A stretch of 27,167 nucleotides of DNA from a virus (taxonomy: Duplodnaviria > Caudoviricetes), in IMG/VR virus record IMGVR_UViG_3300027845_000190, positions 1 to 27,167 of that record, one strand, 5' to 3'. This document shows, in pieces, positions 24,671 to 27,167 of this stretch. Made by a program: the position numbers and the translations under genes. Position 1 is the stretch's first letter; the number at the start of each line of letters is the position of its first letter. The notes under the pieces were generated by a model. The model saw only the letters and a list, made by a program, of their open reading frames with translations, was not told the DNA's origin and searched no databases.

Positions 24671-25541
24671 CGGTCCTCCTCGGGATAAAGTTTTCTGACA
24701 GGAGTTCCTGCCAGCTATCTGTGCCGTCGTCCATCACGGCACACACGTCCTTGAATGCGCAATCCCAATTGCAGGACATTGGCATCCTGTTCGGTGTGCA
24801 AAGGTTAACGGGGTCCAGCCCAGAATCCAACATCATGCGGTAAGAAATGATCTCAGAACACACAGTGTCGAGATGCCTCTTATGCACATCAAGCCTATCT
24901 TTATCGAAAGACACACGGTGCTCGGCAAACTGCGGCTTAGTGACACGTGCCGTGTGCAGGGACCGGTTAAGTCTCCTATGCCTTGCATACACAAGCGGGA
25001 GGTCTGGGAACTTCTGAGCGGCCATCAGACCGTAATTGAGAAGCTGCCAGTCGTTCTCCATCTGGAACACACGGCCGATATCTCCCGTTTTCCAATCTTC
25101 TACAATCAGAAACCCACGCCACTCCTTCAAATGGTCCGGGGTCCCGAACACCTGACAATCAAGTTCTGGAATATCGTAAGTCAGCTCTGTCTCAAGTGAG
25201 ACAGTTGTCTCATTGATATCCAAACCGTCCTGGGCTACCCACCCTTCGTAGGCGTAGCACATAGCTCTCATCTGCCGGAAAGCTTTGTCCCACTCGCCGT
25301 GGTCCGTTGCTTCCGTGAACTGACTCACGACGCCTTCGATGTGATCTGTCATCGCATCGCTTACATCACGGTTGTCATAGTAGGCATGTAGTCCTACGTG
25401 AACTCCCGTTCCTACGTCATAGGTTGCCGGTGTGCTTCGGAGCCCTGCCTTGGGTTCCTTGTCCTTGTAATACTCCAGATACCAGCTTCGCTTGCATCTG
25501 AGGAACTTAGCTATCTCGCTGTTCCTTATCCGTATCATCAT
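24660..25541 (-). CDS. Cas4/RecB-like PD-(D/E)XK exonuclease
   Basis: 'SEIAKFLRCKRSW', GTGVH, GTPDHL, VEDWKT, QLLNY, CNWDCAFKDVC. Start reassigned from 25679 to ATG 25541/25538 after the GAGGAG SD. Confidence 0.85.
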   Translation of the reverse strand: MMIRIRNSEIAKFLRCKRSWYLEYYKDKEPKAGLRSTPATYDVGTGVHVGLHAYYDNRDVSDAMTDHIEGVVSQFTEATDHGEWDKAFRQMRAMCYAYEGWVAQDGLDINETTVSLETELTYDIPELDCQVFGTPDHLKEWRGFLIVEDWKTGDIGRVFQMENDWQLLNYGLMAAQKFPDLPLVYARHRRLNRSLHTARVTKPQFAEHRVSFDKDRLDVHKRHLDTVCSEIISYRMMLDSGLDPVNLCTPNRMPMSCNWDCAFKDVCAVMDDGTDSWQELLSENFIPRRTDEA

Positions 25542-25854
25542 CGCTCCTCGATGTGGTTTTCCATTTCTTGCTGTCGTAGTACTTTGCCCAAGCCCGCTTG
25601 GACTTGGCACACGCTTCTCCCCCTCCGTGAAATCTGGCCTTGTAGCGGTGGCGCTTGTATGCCTGCCACGTGCCGTCACAGTCCGGGTCCTCGCAAGCCT
25701 TAGTGTACGGCCTCAAACCCGGAGGAGGCGGATGGAAGCGAGATTTTCTGAAAGGATTTGGGCGGGTTCGCCTAGTTTTGTAACGGTCCCAGTCGTTTCT
25801 TTCTACGTCTGGGCCGTCCTTGACACCTTCGATCCACTCTTCCTCTTCGCTCAT
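25507..25854 (-). CDS. Small basic protein, possibly zinc/DNA-binding
   Basis: 'CDGTWQAYKRH...GEAC..SKRAWAKY' resembles the GT..AY.RH...GE.C..C motif of small actinophage proteins; ATGA-coupled to the helicase. Confidence 0.6.
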   Translation of the reverse strand: MSEEEEWIEGVKDGPDVERNDWDRYKTRRTRPNPFRKSRFHPPPPGLRPYTKACEDPDCDGTWQAYKRHRYKARFHGGGEACAKSKRAWAKYYDSKKWKTTSRSDDDTDKEQRDS

Positions 25855-27167
25855 GCTATCTCGTCTCTCACTACTTGCTGAAAGATGTGCTCTTTCTCTT
25901 GGATGCGGTCGTGGACTCCTGCTTCTGCTGTTTCAGATGTAACCAAGTCGATGACTTGTGTTGGAACGGTACGACTTCCACGGTCGACCCTGTCGGGGGC
26001 CTGACTATCCAGTACGAAGTTGTAACTCCGTTGTGTTCGGATGACTGTATCAGCACTATTGAGGGTAATTGACTCCGCACCGGCTGCGTAGGTGCAGAGC
26101 GCCACGCGGACTTCCTTGCTTTGAAAGAGTGTTTGATTCGTTGAACGCTGGAGCGTAGATTCATCGCCTGTGATCCTCACATAAGAAATTTTGTGCTTTA
26201 TTAGCTGTTCCTCAAATAGGTTTATAAGTAGTTTTGACTCTGCGAACACTACGGCTTGTTCTTCGCCGAGTTCTTCCAATAGTTCTAGTAGTGCATCCAC
26301 TTTACATGACGGCATCTTGAGCCCTGTCACTTGTGGGTTGCCTAGTTCGTCCTCATGAATGACTGGTGTAGCCGCAGCGAACTGATTCAATCGCAGGAGC
26401 TGCTCAATGGGGGACGGGGCTGCAAGAATCTTGTCCTCGGAAGCTACAAGCATATGTTCATACATCTGTTTGTATGACTTCTTCTGCTGAGCGTTCATCT
26501 CTGTGTAGATAGTGCGCAGAGGAAGCTTGCCCTGATAGTCAGGGATAATCTCATCCTTAGTGCGGCGCAGCATGTACGGGTCGAGGTGGTCGATCATCTC
26601 CTGATATCGCTCAGGCCGGAACCCGACCACTATCGGGTAGTTCTGTCCGGGGGCGGTGCGGATGTCGACGTAACGGTCTAGCCACTGCGTCTTGCGTGGG
26701 TAGGTGTCGGGCTGGATTGCGTGCCCGATCCCCCACACGTCCTCTTCATAGCCGGTTATAGGGGTCCCTGTCAGTCCCCAACGATAGATGACGTTGGGAT
26801 CGTGAGCGACTTGCCAAAGAGCGCGTGTTCGCTTTGCTTTCCAGTTCTTAGCTTTGTGGGCTTCGTCGATGATACAGGTACGGAATTCGATAGAATTAAG
26901 CTCCTTTGGAGTGCGCTCCTTATCCGTAAGGGCAACATTTCCGTAAGGCGACAGTCTGCTGTGTTCCACAAGACCACCCCATCCGAGAACCACAACCACA
27001 CGCTTCCCTCCGGCAATTGCTTCAACTGCCGCTTGAAAGCCCTTACGTCTCTTCGCCGCTGTGCCTTCGATAACATAAACTTCCTCCGTTAGTTTTGACC
27101 AGTGGGATTCCGCCTCCCATACCGAGTGGAGTGCAGACTTGTTGGCAACCACAAACACAGGAAACGC
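25851..27167 (-). CDS. SNF2-like SF2 helicase, 5'-truncated by the window edge
   Basis: IIDEAH (motif II), LTGTP (motif III), MLRRTK, LLRLNQ, RITG, QAPDRVDR (motif VI). The frame is open to the window end; Walker A is outside the window. Confidence 0.88.
   Translation of the reverse strand, partial: AFPVFVVANKSALHSVWEAESHWSKLTEEVYVIEGTAAKRRKGFQAAVEAIAGGKRVVVVLGWGGLVEHSRLSPYGNVALTDKERTPKELNSIEFRTCIIDEAHKAKNWKAKRTRALWQVAHDPNVIYRWGLTGTPITGYEEDVWGIGHAIQPDTYPRKTQWLDRYVDIRTAPGQNYPIVVGFRPERYQEMIDHLDPYMLRRTKDEIIPDYQGKLPLRTIYTEMNAQQKKSYKQMYEHMLVASEDKILAAPSPIEQLLRLNQFAAATPVIHEDELGNPQVTGLKMPSCKVDALLELLEELGEEQAVVFAESKLLINLFEEQLIKHKISYVRITGDESTLQRSTNQTLFQSKEVRVALCTYAAGAESITLNSADTVIRTQRSYNFVLDSQAPDRVDRGSRTVPTQVIDLVTSETAEAGVHDRIQEKEHIFQQVVRDEIA

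Noticed and set aside
24660-25541. CRISPR-Cas system from the Cas4-like gene
   Set aside because: No repeat-spacer array or other cas genes; exonuclease + Sak4 + SSB is a standard phage recombination module.
1-27167. Stop-codon reassignment, tRNA genes, integrase/att site
   Set aside because: Genes tile densely in the standard code using TAA, TAG and TGA stops; no cloverleaf or recombinase motif was seen by eye.

Overview
This window is a gene-dense segment of a tailed dsDNA bacteriophage (Caudoviricetes) genome with two convergent arms. The + arm (1-17775) is virion morphogenesis: the end of a probable tail/receptor-binding protein, terminase large subunit, portal, scaffold, major capsid protein, a free-standing HNH endonuclease, two tandem paralogous small virion proteins, adaptor- and nozzle-like tail proteins, and three probable internal/ejection proteins. 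No tape measure, sheath or tail-tube gene is evident, so the layout is podovirus-like. The - arm (17772-27167) carries a truncated SNF2-like helicase, Cas4-like exonuclease, Sak4-like ATPase, SSB and primase-helicase, followed on the same strand by a lysis block. That block contains an amidase endolysin, several membrane proteins, a DnaQ-like exonuclease, a very acidic CxxC-tailed peptide and a protamine-like protein. Endolysin repeats and leaderless promoters suggest an actinobacterial, probably Acidimicrobiia-like, host. The best candidate for something new is a ~60-nt two-hairpin element after the capsid gene whose exposed loop (UGCUCCUC) is complementary to the GAGGAG ribosome-binding sites of five opposite-strand genes. 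All calls are from motif reading by eye; no database search was run.
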